From: Terriglobia bacterium
GTDB taxonomy: Bacteria; Acidobacteriota; Terriglobia; JAJPHL01; JAPKYU01
Assembly (NCBI GenBank): GCA_965206645.1
Contig: CBDBKE010000003.1
Coordinates: 640,001 to 704,000, forward strand
Length of the DNA stretch: 64,000 bases
Direction of reading: 5' to 3'
In this document: positions 30,406-40,904 of the stretch, piece after piece
Numbering within the stretch: the stretch's first letter is position 1
How the letters are laid out: the number at the start of each line of letters is the position of its first letter
Translations under genes and position numbers: made by a program
Notes under the pieces: generated by a model
Database searches by the model: none
Seen by the model: only the letters and a program-made list of their open reading frames with translations
What the model was told of the DNA's origin: nothing

Positions 30406-31764
30406 GTGTTCCCAACAATTGGAGCCGAAGCCGTCAAGGAAAACCAGGAGCCCTACTTCGCCAGCTTCGCGGAACTGGAGAAGCGGCTGGGCGGAGGCGC
30501 GGGATCTTGGATTCATCAGCTTCGCCGCCAGGCCATTGCACGCTTCGGCGAACTCGGCTTCCCCACCACGCATCAGGAGGAGTGGAAGTACACCAACGTC
30601 GCCCCGCTCGTCCGGGTTCCATTTCAGCCTGTCACTCAGCAGACACACGGGCTGAGCGCCGAAGAGATGGCGTGCGCACCGCTGGCCGGAGTAACCAAGA
30701 ACCGGCTGGTGTTTGTCAACGGCTCCTACTGTGGCGAGCTATCTTCGACCGCCGGGCTGCCGGAGGGTATTCAGGCCGCCAGCCTGGCTGAGGCCCTGGC
30801 CGGCGAGGCCGGCCGGAGCGGCGAGCTGGAGCAACATCTGGCGCGGCATGCCGGCTACGACCAGCAGCCGTTTGTAGCGCTGAACACTGCGTTTCTGGAA
30901 CAGGGAGCCTTCCTCCGGATTCCCCGGGGTCTGGTTCTGAAGGAGCCCATCCAACTGCTGTTTGTTTCCACTGGCGCTGCGGCACCCTATATATCCCACC
31001 CCCGGAACCTGATCCTGCTGGAGCAGGAGAGCCAGGTAGCTGTGGTCGAGAGCTACGTTGGACTGGGCGAGGCCGTCTATTTCACCAACGCGGTCACCGA
31101 GATCGTGGTGGGCGAGAACGCGGTGGTCCAGCACTACAAACTGCAGCAGGAAAGCCAGCGCGCTTTCCACGTAGCCACGGTGCAGGTGCACCAAGCGCGC
31201 AGCAGCGTGTTCACCAATCACAACATCTCGCTGGGCGGCGCCCTGGTGCGCAACGACCTGACCGCGGTGCTGGACGGGGAAGGCGCCGAGTGCACACTGA
31301 ACGGCCTGTACCTGGGCACGGGCCGCCAGCACATAGACAACCACACCACCCTGGACCATGCCCGGCCCCACTGTAGCAGCCACGAGACCTACAAGGGCAT
31401 CCTGGATGGAAGAGCTACCGGGGTGTTCAACGGTGGAATCATTGTGCGGCAGGACGCGCAGAAGACCAACGCCAAGCAGAGCAACAGGAACCTGCTGCTG
31501 TCGGAAGCGGCGGTGATCAACACCAAGCCACAATTGCAGATCTGGGCCGACGACGTCCGCTGCACCCACGGGGCGACCATTGGGCAAATTGACCAGGACG
31601 CCTTGTTCTACCTGCGTACGCGAGGCATTGATCAGCAGGCGGCTCGCCACCTTCTGACCTACGCCTTCGCCAGCGAGCTACTGGGGCAGATGAATCTGGA
31701 GGCCGTGCGCGGTTGGGCGGAGACGGAGTTGTTTGCACAGCTGGCCGAGGGCTGGAGGAGTTGA
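30406..31764 (+). CDS. sufD: SufD
   Basis: EEWKYT, KPQLQIWADDVRCTHGATIG; start is uncertain. Confidence 0.93.
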   Translation: MFPTIGAEAVKENQEPYFASFAELEKRLGGGAGSWIHQLRRQAIARFGELGFPTTHQEEWKYTNVAPLVRVPFQPVTQQTHGLSAEEMACAPLAGVTKNRLVFVNGSYCGELSSTAGLPEGIQAASLAEALAGEAGRSGELEQHLARHAGYDQQPFVALNTAFLEQGAFLRIPRGLVLKEPIQLLFVSTGAAAPYISHPRNLILLEQESQVAVVESYVGLGEAVYFTNAVTEIVVGENAVVQHYKLQQESQRAFHVATVQVHQARSSVFTNHNISLGGALVRNDLTAVLDGEGAECTLNGLYLGTGRQHIDNHTTLDHARPHCSSHETYKGILDGRATGVFNGGIIVRQDAQKTNAKQSNRNLLLSEAAVINTKPQLQIWADDVRCTHGATIGQIDQDALFYLRTRGIDQQAARHLLTYAFASELLGQMNLEAVRGWAETELFAQLAEGWRS

Positions 31765-31768
31765 AGCG

Positions 31769-33034
31769 ATGCGCACTGGTGGCAGCCCTGTGATGAGTTC
31801 CACGGCGCGAGAGGCGATCCTTGACGTGCAGAAGATTCGGGAGGACTTCCCGATCCTCAAGCAAACCGTGCACGGCAAGCCCCTGGTCTACCTGGACAAT
31901 GCGGCCACCAGCCAGAAGCCGCAGGTGGTGATTGACGCCGAGCTGCGCTTCTACCTACAGGACTGTTCCAACGTCCACCGCGGCATTCACCAGCTTAGTG
32001 AGCGGGCCACAGATGCCTTCGAGAGCACCCGTCGCAAGGTCAAAGGGTTCTTGAATGCCGCCGACCTACGGGAAATCATCTTCGTGCGGGGCGCCACCGA
32101 GGCCATCAACCTGGTAGCGCACAGCTTCGGCCGCACGCACGTCGAGCGGGGCGACGAGGTGCTCATCTCGGCCATGGAGCACCACTCCAACATCGTCCCC
32201 TGGCAGATCCTGTGCGAGGAGAAGGGGGCCATGCTGCGGGTGGCGCCCATCAACGACCGCGGGGAACTGCTGCTGGAGGAGTTCGAGAAGCTACTGAACG
32301 AGCGCACTCGGCTGGTGGCGGTGGCCCACGTCTCCAATGCCCTGGGAACCATCAACCCGATCCGGAAGATCATCGAGATTGCCCACCGCCGGAATGTGCC
32401 GGTGCTGGTGGATGGAGCGCAGGCGGCGCCGCACCTGAAGGTGGACGTACAGGCGCTGGACTGCGACTTCTACACATTCTCCGGGCACAAGATGTTTGGC
32501 CCCACCGGCATCGGCGTGCTCTACGGCAAGGCGCGGTGGCTGGAAGAGATGCCCCCCTACCAGGGCGGCGGCGACATGATCAGCTCCGTCACCTTCGAGA
32601 AAACTATCTACAACACGCTGCCCTACAAATTTGAGGCCGGCACGCCCAACATCGCCGCTACCATCGGGCTGGGCGCAGCCATTGACTATCTGACCCAGGT
32701 GGGACTGGAGAACGTCGCCGCCTACGAGCACGAGCTGCTCGGCTACGGCACCGAGGCCCTTCGGCAGATTCCGGGCGTACGTCTGATCGGTACCGCGCGG
32801 GAGAAGGCCAGCGTGCTGTCGTTCCTCATTGATGGGATTCACCCCCACGACGCGGGCACTGTGCTGGACTACGAAGGCATTGCCGTTCGCACCGGCCATC
32901 ATTGCGCCCAGCCGGTGATGCGGCGCTTCGGCGTTCCAGCCACTACGCGCGCCTCGCTGGCCTTCTACAACACCCGGGAAGAGCTGGACGCGCTAGCGGC
33001 CGGCATCCGCAAGGTGCAGGGGGTGTTTCGCTGA
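31769..33034 (+). CDS. sufS: Cysteine desulfurase SufS (group II)
   Basis: LDNAATSQKP, SGHKMFGP, RTGHHCAQP. Confidence 0.96.
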   Translation: MRTGGSPVMSSTAREAILDVQKIREDFPILKQTVHGKPLVYLDNAATSQKPQVVIDAELRFYLQDCSNVHRGIHQLSERATDAFESTRRKVKGFLNAADLREIIFVRGATEAINLVAHSFGRTHVERGDEVLISAMEHHSNIVPWQILCEEKGAMLRVAPINDRGELLLEEFEKLLNERTRLVAVAHVSNALGTINPIRKIIEIAHRRNVPVLVDGAQAAPHLKVDVQALDCDFYTFSGHKMFGPTGIGVLYGKARWLEEMPPYQGGGDMISSVTFEKTIYNTLPYKFEAGTPNIAATIGLGAAIDYLTQVGLENVAAYEHELLGYGTEALRQIPGVRLIGTAREKASVLSFLIDGIHPHDAGTVLDYEGIAVRTGHHCAQPVMRRFGVPATTRASLAFYNTREELDALAAGIRKVQGVFR

Positions 33035-33501
33035 TGCCCGAGGAGATGCTGGCGGACCTGAACGATCTCTACCAGGAGGTCATCATCGACCACAGCCGGA
33101 GGCCCCGCAACTTCAAGGAGCTGGAAGGAGCGACCGGCGACGCGGAAGGGTATAATCCGCTGTGTGGCGACCGGGTTCGGATTTACGTGAAGCTGGAGGA
33201 TGACCGGGTGCGCGACATCAGCTTTGAGGGCTCCGGCTGTGCTATCTCCACCGCTTCAGCTTCCATCCTGACCGAGAGCCTGAAAGGCAAGAGCCGGGTG
33301 GAGGCGGAAACCCTGTTTGAGAAGTTTCATCAGCTGGTGACCGAAGGAGACCGCGGCGGCGTACCGGCGGCCGAACTGGGTAAGCTGGCGGTGTTCTCCG
33401 GCGTTTCGAAGTATCCGGTGCGGGTCAAGTGCGCCACGCTGGCCTGGCACACCCTGCGCGCCGCCATGCGGGGAAGCGGCGAAATCACCTCCACGGAGTG
33501 A
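33034..33501 (+). CDS. sufU: SufU sulfur-transfer protein
   Basis: NPLCGD, GCAIS, RVKCATL. Confidence 0.93.
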   Translation: MPEEMLADLNDLYQEVIIDHSRRPRNFKELEGATGDAEGYNPLCGDRVRIYVKLEDDRVRDISFEGSGCAISTASASILTESLKGKSRVEAETLFEKFHQLVTEGDRGGVPAAELGKLAVFSGVSKYPVRVKCATLAWHTLRAAMRGSGEITSTE

Positions 33502-33506
33502 TTCCA

Positions 33507-33827
33507 ATGGGATTTCACGAACTGATTGCCATCGAAGAGAAAGCGATCGAGCAGTTGACCACCTGCTACGATCCGGAGATTCCAGTCAACATTTACGAGC
33601 TGGGGTTGATCTACGAGGTGAAGGTAGAGCCCCCCGGGCAGGTCAACGTCAAGATGACCCTCACCTCGCCCTCCTGTCCGGTGGCGGGCACCCTGCCCCT
33701 GGAGGTGGAGGCCAAGCTGAAGGCCGTTCCCGGCGTCACCGGGGCCAAAGTGGAGGTGGTTTGGGACCCGCCCTGGGACCAGAGCAAGATGTCGGAAAGC
33801 GCCAAGCTCAACCTTGGTTTTATGTGA
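33507..33827 (+). CDS. sufT: DUF59/SufT Fe-S maturation protein
   Basis: DPEIPVNIYELGLIY, TLTSPSCP, WDPPW. Confidence 0.9.
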   Translation: MGFHELIAIEEKAIEQLTTCYDPEIPVNIYELGLIYEVKVEPPGQVNVKMTLTSPSCPVAGTLPLEVEAKLKAVPGVTGAKVEVVWDPPWDQSKMSESAKLNLGFM

Positions 33828-33883
33828 GGGGCTTTATGTGAAGGGGCTTCGTGTTCGATCCGGTCCGGTAGGAGGATTTGACG

Positions 33884-34390
33884 ATGAAATTGAGTGCCCA
33901 AGAAGAATACGGGTTGCGCTGCCTGCTCCAGATCGGGCGTCTGGGGGCTGGGGGGAGCCTGGCGATTTCCGAGATCAGCCGAGCCGAGGGAATCTCCAAC
34001 CATTATGTGGGCAAACTCATGGGGATTCTGCGGCGCGGCGGGCTGGTGAAGAGCGTGCGTGGCCACACAGGAGGCTATACCCTGGCGCGCGCACCCGATC
34101 AGATCAATGTGGGTCAGGTGCTGGCAGTGCTCGGGGAACGGTTGTTTGAACCAGAGTTTTGCGAACGGCACTCAGGCACCGAGGAGGTTTGCACGCACTC
34201 AGTGGATTGCTCCATCCGCTCGCTGTGGCGCGCGGTGCAACTGGTCCTGGACCAGGTGTTGAGCAGGACCACTCTGAAGGACCTGCTGGGCAACGAGCAG
34301 GAGATGAGTGACTGGGTCGGCAACCTGGTCGAGGTGTCCGGGGTCATGGACTATCCGCGCCTTCCTTTTGTCTCCGGCAAGAGAGTGTGA
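33884..34390 (+). CDS. Rrf2 family regulator with three Cys
   Basis: EEYGLRCL, VKSVRGHTGGY, C-x9-C-x5-C. Confidence 0.9.
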   Translation: MKLSAQEEYGLRCLLQIGRLGAGGSLAISEISRAEGISNHYVGKLMGILRRGGLVKSVRGHTGGYTLARAPDQINVGQVLAVLGERLFEPEFCERHSGTEEVCTHSVDCSIRSLWRAVQLVLDQVLSRTTLKDLLGNEQEMSDWVGNLVEVSGVMDYPRLPFVSGKRV

Positions 34391-34441
34391 GCGCCGGCGT
34401 GAGGCTGCAGACTTGAGGCTGGAGGCCGGGGACTTGCGAAA

Positions 34442-35662
34442 ATGGCGGTGAAGCTGCCGATCTACATGGACCATCACGCCACCACCCCGGTGGACCCGCG
34501 GGTGTTTGAGGCAATGGCACCCTTCTTTCTGGAGAAGTTCGGCAATGCGGCCAGCCGCAACCACGTCTTCGGCTGGGAAGCCGAGCAGGCGGTGGAGGAG
34601 GCCCGCAAGCAGGTGGCCGCGCTCATTCACGCCAGCTCCAAGGAGATCATCTTCACCTCCGGGGCCACCGAAAGCGACAATTTGGCCATCAAGGGTGTGG
34701 CGTGGCGGCACCGCGAACGCGGTAATCATATCGTCACCTGTGTAACGGAGCACCGGGCAGTGCTGGATACCTGCCGGCGCCTGGAGCAGGAAGGTTTCCG
34801 GGTGAGCTACCTGCCGGTAAACGAATCAGGCCAGGTGGACCCCGACGATGTGCGGCGGGCCATCGGGGACCAAACCATTCTGGTGACGCTGATGGCCGCC
34901 AACAACGAGATCGGCGTGCTGCACCCGCTAGCGGAGGTCGGACGCATCTGTCACGACAGGCACGACAGGCGCGACAGGGAAGTGCTGTTCCACTGCGACG
35001 CCACTCAGGCGGCGGGCAAGGTACCGTTTGACGTCGAGAAAGTGCAGGTGGACCTGGCCTCACTCTCGGCTCACAAGATGTACGGGCCCAAAGGCGTAGG
35101 CGCCCTCTACGTCCGACGGCGCGATCGGCGTGTGGAGTTGGCCCCCCTGCTGGATGGCGGCGGGCACGAGCGTGGACTGCGCTCCGGCACCCTGCCGGTG
35201 CCCAGCATTGTGGGCTTCGGCAAGGCGTGCGAGTTGGCCCAGCGGGAGATGCCCGAGGAGGCCCGACGTCTGGCGGGCCTGCGCGACCGGCTGCAAGAGG
35301 GAATCCTGGCCCGGCTGGACGAAGTCCATCTGAACGGGCACCCGAGGGAGCGGCTGCCAGCCAACCTTAACCTAAGCTTCGCTTACGTGGAAGGCGAGTC
35401 GCTGCTGATGGGGCTAAACGACGTGGCGGTTTCTAGCGGCTCGGCTTGCACTTCGGCCTCCCAGGAGCCCTCCTATGTGCTGCGGGCGCTGGGACTGGAG
35501 GAAGATCTGGCCCAGGCTTCCCTTCGCTTCGGCCTCGGCCGCTTCAACACCGAGGAGGAGGTGGACTACGTGGTGGAGCGCGTCGCCAGTGTCGTCCACC
35601 AGTTGCGCGAACTCTCGCCGCTGTACGAAGCTGAGCGGCTGGGTTCCTCCAAAGTCTCCTAA
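34442..35662 (+). CDS. iscS: Cysteine desulfurase IscS (group I)
   Basis: [27 protein letters not shown]; contains a 9-bp repeat insertion HDRHDRRDR. Confidence 0.94.
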   Translation: MAVKLPIYMDHHATTPVDPRVFEAMAPFFLEKFGNAASRNHVFGWEAEQAVEEARKQVAALIHASSKEIIFTSGATESDNLAIKGVAWRHRERGNHIVTCVTEHRAVLDTCRRLEQEGFRVSYLPVNESGQVDPDDVRRAIGDQTILVTLMAANNEIGVLHPLAEVGRICHDRHDRRDREVLFHCDATQAAGKVPFDVEKVQVDLASLSAHKMYGPKGVGALYVRRRDRRVELAPLLDGGGHERGLRSGTLPVPSIVGFGKACELAQREMPEEARRLAGLRDRLQEGILARLDEVHLNGHPRERLPANLNLSFAYVEGESLLMGLNDVAVSSGSACTSASQEPSYVLRALGLEEDLAQASLRFGLGRFNTEEEVDYVVERVASVVHQLRELSPLYEAERLGSSKVS

Positions 35663-35712
35663 GGCAGCCAGGCGCGTGAAGGGGCCTGGTCCTGCGCGAT
35701 GAAGGAACGGAT

Positions 35713-36030
35713 ATGATTCAGTTGACCGAGAGCGCCATCCGCAAGGTGCGGACGATGATGGAGCAGGAACACCAGGCCGGGTTGCGCCTGGGCGTTCGGG
35801 GAGGAGGATGTTCGGGACTCACCTACGTTATCCGGTTTGAGAAGGCGCCCGGCCGCAAGGACCGCACCTTTGAATTTGATGGAGCCAAGGTCTTCATGGA
35901 CCCCAAGAGCTTGCTCTACCTGAAAGGGTTGACCCTGGACTGGAAGGAAACGCTGATGGAGCAGTGCTTCCTGCTCGAGAATCCCAACGCCCAGAAGAGT
36001 TGTGGATGCGGCGCTTCCTTCAGCCCCTGA
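35713..36030 (+). CDS. iscA: A-type Fe-S carrier (IscA/HesB)
   Basis: GGGCSG, NPNAQKSCGCGASF. Confidence 0.93.
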   Translation: MIQLTESAIRKVRTMMEQEHQAGLRLGVRGGGCSGLTYVIRFEKAPGRKDRTFEFDGAKVFMDPKSLLYLKGLTLDWKETLMEQCFLLENPNAQKSCGCGASFSP

Positions 36031-36102
36031 ACTTCTCGTGGCCCGCTGATGTGTGTTTTGGATGTCCTGGTGGGGAAATAGCTAGCGCTTTGTAGGAGTC
36101 AG

Positions 36103-36672
36103 TTAAGGCCCTTGTTTCTTTTCCTTTGCTTTTTCCTCGGGCGGTATCCGAAGTCCGTAGTCTACGGGCTCCGGCTGAGGGAGCAATTCCTTCTTTGATC
36201 TCTGGATTTCCCCCAGCTTGGTGCGGTCCATCGCCAATTGGTTATCCAGCTTCAGCAGTTCCTTCCGCTTTTCCTCGAATTGCGCGTTGATGGCCAGCTG
36301 CTCCAGTTGAGAGGAGGCCGCGCTCATCCGTTTTTCCAAGGCTCGGATTCCCGTCAGCAACTCCTCGCGTCGCCCCTGGAGCCAGTCCACTTCACCCTGG
36401 GCTCTTACTTCCCGCGAGTCCAGTTCTTCAAGCGCCTCCTTCAGCGCGGCCTCTTTCTTGCTCACGGGCTCTTCCTTGAGCCCGGATTCGGCCTTGATCT
36501 CCTCTCTGAGCGCCGGGCGTTCCGGGAAATCGTCGTTGGTCCAGACCTTTTTTGCCTTCCGAGGTTGTTTCTTCTTTGCCGCCTCCGCTAGCGTCGTCTG
36601 CTGGGCCCCGACCCCAGAGCCCCCCAGCGCCAGAATCAATGCGATCATCAGATTCACCCAAGCCTGCCTCAT
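36103..36672 (-). CDS. Secreted coiled-coil hypothetical protein
   Basis: Signal peptide, LAEAAKK...KVWTNDDF, coiled coil; last gene of the pilin operon. Confidence 0.7.
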   Translation of the reverse strand: MRQAWVNLMIALILALGGSGVGAQQTTLAEAAKKKQPRKAKKVWTNDDFPERPALREEIKAESGLKEEPVSKKEAALKEALEELDSREVRAQGEVDWLQGRREELLTGIRALEKRMSAASSQLEQLAINAQFEEKRKELLKLDNQLAMDRTKLGEIQRSKKELLPQPEPVDYGLRIPPEEKAKEKKQGP

Positions 36673-36683
36673 GAAATTCCCCC

Positions 36684-38303
36684 TCAGAAAACGTCGCGGC
36701 TCTGATTCACGGTTCGGAACGGAGCCACCATGACTTTCAACCGGGCCAGCGCCAGATCATAGTGGATCTGCACACCACCCATGGTGATTATGTCCCTTGC
36801 GGTGATGGCCCCATAGACTTGCGTGTTGCCGTGTATTTTCACCGTCGCATTGGGGGCATAAATGGTGCCACAGAATCCACTTTCGCCGCCCAGCTCGACC
36901 TGGGTCGTACCCGAGTAGAAAATGGCAAATCGGGTGGGATCACAATTGCCCGCTGATGCCGCAAGTAAGCCACCACCAGCCAAGTCCAAAAGGTTAGTTA
37001 CATAAACATATACCGGAGGGCAGCGAGCCGTGACCGGATCGGCACCCGAGCACAGAACGCTGGTTGTTCCCTTGACAATCCTTACCGTAGTCATCCCAGC
37101 CTGGACGAAACCTCCTGCGAAGAACCTACTCGGCGCGGCTGGCCCTGAACTCTCGTCCACAGGGGTAACGCTAATCTCCAAATTTTCCCCACCGGTAAGA
37201 CCGCAACCTCCATACAAGTTGTCAGTAGGCGTGTTCGGAGTGTACCTGTACAAGTTCTTACTGACTAGGTAGGTCGTCCCTGAGCAACTATCTCCCTTGC
37301 CGGCAGTAAAAGTCGGAGTAATCGGCGGGTACGGCATTGAGGGGTACTCCTCGAGGTCCACTTGTACGATACTGTCGGCCACACTTTCACCTGGGGTGGT
37401 GGTGCAGGCGGGTGTTGCCGCGGGGTCGTTCACCGCGCCGTAGTAGAGATCGCCATTGATCACGGCGTCGGTTCCCGAGGCACCAGTGAAAGAGTTGGAG
37501 GCGACCGAGGCGCCCGCATCCGGCCCGGTGAATAAGTTCGAGCCCCCGTAAGATCCGTTGCTCGAATTAAAGGCATCGGTGGTGAGCTCGCCATTCATTT
37601 GCAGCGAGCACTGGCCCTGGAGCGCATTGCCGAATATGGGAAGTGGCGCCGTCTGGAGGACGGCGGTCTCCTCTACCACGGCCAGCTCTCTGCCCGCCCC
37701 GTCTCTTATCCTGCCCTGCACGCGCAGCCGCCAACGCTCGACGATGCGGCCCGTGACACCATCGAAGGCCTTGTAGCGGTCATGAGAGAGCAGCGTGGCG
37801 TCCTTGATGGTGAAGTCGCCGGTCGTGTTTTCAAGCGCGATCGTGTTCAGTGTGCTGCGCATGCTGCTGAAACTGTTCGCAATGGTATTGGAAGAGACGG
37901 TGGGGAAGTTAGCGCTGTCGCCCAGCACGACAGGGTTGCTGCTGAGGGTGGGTGCGTTCGAGGTGCCCCCGTAAGTGCTGGCGAGGACCGGCGGGTTGGT
38001 CGCCGCGAGCGGACTTCCCGTCACGGAATTGAGCCACGGGCTGTAAGTAACGCGGAACCAGTCCACCGTCCGATGCACACCCGCTAGGGCGGTATAGCTG
38101 GCCTGAATCTGATTCTTGTAGTTGAAGCTGGCAAGGGCGTCCGCGTTGGTCACAACCAGCAGGGCGGCCGCCAGCAGCGACAGTATGAGGATGCCCATCA
38201 GGGCGAAGACCAGGGCCATGCCACGCTCGTCTTTTCTCTTCTGAGATGGGCCCTTTTGAACTGGGCCAGCTATGCGAGGTTGTGGGTTCGGCGTTCGGTG
38301 CAT
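36684..38303 (-). CDS. PilX-like minor pilin with a large beta-rich C-terminal domain
   Basis: DERG|MALVFALM prepilin site lacking E5; GTIYAPNATV...VYGAI...IHYD tail. Confidence 0.8.
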   Translation of the reverse strand: MHRTPNPQPRIAGPVQKGPSQKRKDERGMALVFALMGILILSLLAAALLVVTNADALASFNYKNQIQASYTALAGVHRTVDWFRVTYSPWLNSVTGSPLAATNPPVLASTYGGTSNAPTLSSNPVVLGDSANFPTVSSNTIANSFSSMRSTLNTIALENTTGDFTIKDATLLSHDRYKAFDGVTGRIVERWRLRVQGRIRDGAGRELAVVEETAVLQTAPLPIFGNALQGQCSLQMNGELTTDAFNSSNGSYGGSNLFTGPDAGASVASNSFTGASGTDAVINGDLYYGAVNDPAATPACTTTPGESVADSIVQVDLEEYPSMPYPPITPTFTAGKGDSCSGTTYLVSKNLYRYTPNTPTDNLYGGCGLTGGENLEISVTPVDESSGPAAPSRFFAGGFVQAGMTTVRIVKGTTSVLCSGADPVTARCPPVYVYVTNLLDLAGGGLLAASAGNCDPTRFAIFYSGTTQVELGGESGFCGTIYAPNATVKIHGNTQVYGAITARDIITMGGVQIHYDLALARLKVMVAPFRTVNQSRDVF

Positions 38304-38316
38304 TTTCTTCCCCCTC

Positions 38317-39471
38317 CTATGGCGCCAGCGGAACAGCCGGGGGCTTGTCAGGCACCCAACGCTGCAGCCCGTCCAGGCTGACCTCCAGAGCGTGCCGGAT
38401 GTTGCGCGGCGCAAAGGTTTGCCGCACTTCGACGGTGGTGGTCCCGCCGGTTCCGCGCTCCACCGAGGCCTGGGTGCGCAATTGCAGGTTCACTTCGACC
38501 CCTAGCACGTAAAAGTGGGCCACAGAAGCACAGGGAGTCACCGCTGTAGCGTACGAGGAGTTCAGGTACGTAACGTAAGCGAGCGTGGGAAGCGTGCCGG
38601 TACGGCACAGCACGAAATAGTTGAACACACCCTCTGTCGGCGTGTTCATCAGGTTGTCGGCGACGATGACTGCTGCATTCTGCGTGGTGATGGTGCAACC
38701 GGTGGCGGTGCCGGGCACGCAGGAGTCGGACCGCCACAGAGCGCAAGGCGGCGTGGTGCAAGCCGTCGTGCTGCCGGTGGCGGCGCGATAGCGGTATTCA
38801 ACGTAGCGCAGGGTGCCGTCGTCGCGGAAGTCTCCCATGAGTTTCAAAGTGGTTGCGTTGGAGCCTGTGGTGTTGGTAATAAGATTGCCAGTGGCAGGAT
38901 CTCTCGTCACCGGTGCCAGGATTCCCTCCGGGTAGGGCACATCGCTGAGCCGTACTGGACGCGTGGCGGCATGATCCACCCGGAAAAGCCCGGTGACCGA
39001 ATTGCTGCTGTGGGTCACAGCTGACAGCGGTACAGGTTCCTGATCCATGCCGGTGTCCACAATGATGACGCTGCCCGGAAAAATACCAGTGCTATCGGCC
39101 AGCGTGACGGTCTGGGTGCCGATGGCGATGATCGCCGAATTTGTGGTGCTCCTTCCCCTATAAAAACCCGCCTGGCCGATGTCCATGGCCAGCAGGTCCG
39201 TGGTCGACTTGCCCGTCTGACCGATCCCGCTGGTGCGCTGAGCCTGGGTGTAGCGTTGCTGGAGCATACTCATGAACTGCATCAGCGCCCCCAGGATGAT
39301 GCTCAGCACTACGATGCTAATCAACAACTCCACCAGGGAGAAACCACGGCTGCCGGCAGGCCAGCTGGCGGCAGGAATGATCCGTCCAGCTCCCTTATGC
39401 AAGCGAACTGGCTTATGCGAGCGAACTGGGAAAATCGTCATGTCTGTCATCGCGCCAATCCATGAATCCAC
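38317..39471 (-). CDS. PilW-like minor pilin
   Basis: SRG|FSLVELLIS, AMDIGQAGF; start is uncertain. Confidence 0.82.
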   Translation of the reverse strand: MDSWIGAMTDMTIFPVRSHKPVRLHKGAGRIIPAASWPAGSRGFSLVELLISIVVLSIILGALMQFMSMLQQRYTQAQRTSGIGQTGKSTTDLLAMDIGQAGFYRGRSTTNSAIIAIGTQTVTLADSTGIFPGSVIIVDTGMDQEPVPLSAVTHSSNSVTGLFRVDHAATRPVRLSDVPYPEGILAPVTRDPATGNLITNTTGSNATTLKLMGDFRDDGTLRYVEYRYRAATGSTTACTTPPCALWRSDSCVPGTATGCTITTQNAAVIVADNLMNTPTEGVFNYFVLCRTGTLPTLAYVTYLNSSYATAVTPCASVAHFYVLGVEVNLQLRTQASVERGTGGTTTVEVRQTFAPRNIRHALEVSLDGLQRWVPDKPPAVPLAP

Positions 39472-39514
39472 GGGCTACGGCGCCGGAAGCACATTTCGTT
39501 CACGCTGTGGCCGT

Positions 39515-39988
39515 TCACACTGTGGGCGTGGGTGCTTGCTCATTGCTCTTGTAAGCGCCCACCGTGGCCGCAGGGCTCCTTCCCTGTCCGATCGCCTTGC
39601 CCAGGACCCGCACCCGAATCAGCTTGAGGCCGGCCGGCAGGCCAGTGGTGCTTACAACCCAGCGCCGGGTGAAGAAGAGGTCGACCGCACCGCTGGTGGT
39701 GGAGGTCCCATCAACTTTCAGGTAGTCCACGTAGCCGCTGGTATTCGTGGTCAAGCTGCCTCCGGCATTGAGCTGTGTGTCGGCAAACCTGAGTGCCATG
39801 AAGATGTCCATTTGCTCAGCGGCCAGCGCAGCAGCCTGAGCCGCAGTGGTGCCCATGTCCTTGCTCTGCCGGGTGGCCAGGGTCACCAGTCCCGCCAGAC
39901 TGAACACCACGATCGTGCAGATGGCGACGGCGATCATCGTTTCGATCAGCGTGGTCCCGCTTTGCGAGTTAGAAGCTCGTTTCTGCAT
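39515..39988 (-). CDS. PilV-like minor pilin
   Basis: SQSG|TTLIETMIA. Confidence 0.82.
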   Translation of the reverse strand: MQKRASNSQSGTTLIETMIAVAICTIVVFSLAGLVTLATRQSKDMGTTAAQAAALAAEQMDIFMALRFADTQLNAGGSLTTNTSGYVDYLKVDGTSTTSGAVDLFFTRRWVVSTTGLPAGLKLIRVRVLGKAIGQGRSPAATVGAYKSNEQAPTPTV

Positions 39989-40000
39989 GAACCCTCCGTG

Positions 40001-40600
40001 CTACTGCACCTCCCAGACGCTGCCGAAGCGCCGGTACACCGTTACCTTTCCCGCCAGGTTCGCACATACGGCAAGCGGCCGATCGGTGTCGCCCTGCAAG
40101 TAGAAGCAACGACCATTGACCGGAACTCCGGTGCTGGGATTGATCAGCAGACCGCGCGTGTTAAAGACCATGTCGGTGGCCTGGGTCGTGCTCTGTCCCG
40201 GCGGAGCCGCGCTGATTCCGGTGGTGCTGAAGTTGACGCCCGCAGCCAGGAGGTTAGAGGGCCACGGAACTTGCTGCGAGGCCGCCCCAACATCGAAAGT
40301 CAACCAGCCAGTGCCGCCCCGGGGGTAACGCTGCACCTGGTAGGTGCGCGCCGTGGTGTTCACCAGCGTCCGGTAGCGGGCGTCCCCGGTCGTGGCCTTG
40401 ATCCGGGCCAACCTCGCCGTGGCGGCAATCTCGAACGCAGTGCCGCTGAGCCGGTAGCTACGGATGGCCGGCGACATCCACTTAGCCGCCATGCCGGCCA
40501 GCACCATAATGATAACCACGACGATAATCAGTTCGATGATGCTAAAGCCGCTTTGGGAACTGCGCGTGCCTTCTGTTTCGTCGATCATTGGATGCCGCAT
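40001..40600 (-). CDS. FimT/GspH-like minor pilin
   Basis: SQSG|FSIIELIIV, ARLARIKA, VFNTRG. Confidence 0.85.
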   Translation of the reverse strand: MRHPMIDETEGTRSSQSGFSIIELIIVVVIIMVLAGMAAKWMSPAIRSYRLSGTAFEIAATARLARIKATTGDARYRTLVNTTARTYQVQRYPRGGTGWLTFDVGAASQQVPWPSNLLAAGVNFSTTGISAAPPGQSTTQATDMVFNTRGLLINPSTGVPVNGRCFYLQGDTDRPLAVCANLAGKVTVYRRFGSVWEVQ

Positions 40601-40757
40601 GAGAAAATCCTTCTCAACTACCAGCGGGGGATGAGCTTTTCGGGTTACCTCAGCAACCCAACTACAAAAGTCTACTCTCCGGACTTGCCCTTGTAAAGCC
40701 GCAACCGGCCCCCGGCGGAACCAAACGCCGCGAGTACCAAACTACACACGAAGGAGT

Positions 40758-40773
40758 TGCACGCTGGCGGCCA
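40758..40773 (-). promoter_or_regulatory. Possible sigma54 promoter of the pilin operon
   Basis: Minus strand TGGCCGCCAGCGTGCA has GG-N10-GC spacing. Confidence 0.4.
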
Positions 40774-40904
40774 AATGTGCGGTTGCCGGATAAGGCCCGG
40801 GCCTACAACAGATTCCGAAACGGGTGAAGGTGCAAGGCGGTTGCCGAAACGGGGCGGGATGTTGCGTTTCTTCCCATTTTTCCCTCGTTGAGTAAACTGT
40901 TCAG

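Noticed and set aside
34952-34978. 9-bp repeat (HDRHDRRDR) in iscS as a functional motif
   Set aside because: Looks like a neutral in-frame slippage expansion in a loop.
39272-40696. Long opposite-strand ORFs (also 11692-13392, 9767-11086, 61161-62615)
   Set aside because: Shadow ORFs of high-GC genes with no recognisable motifs.
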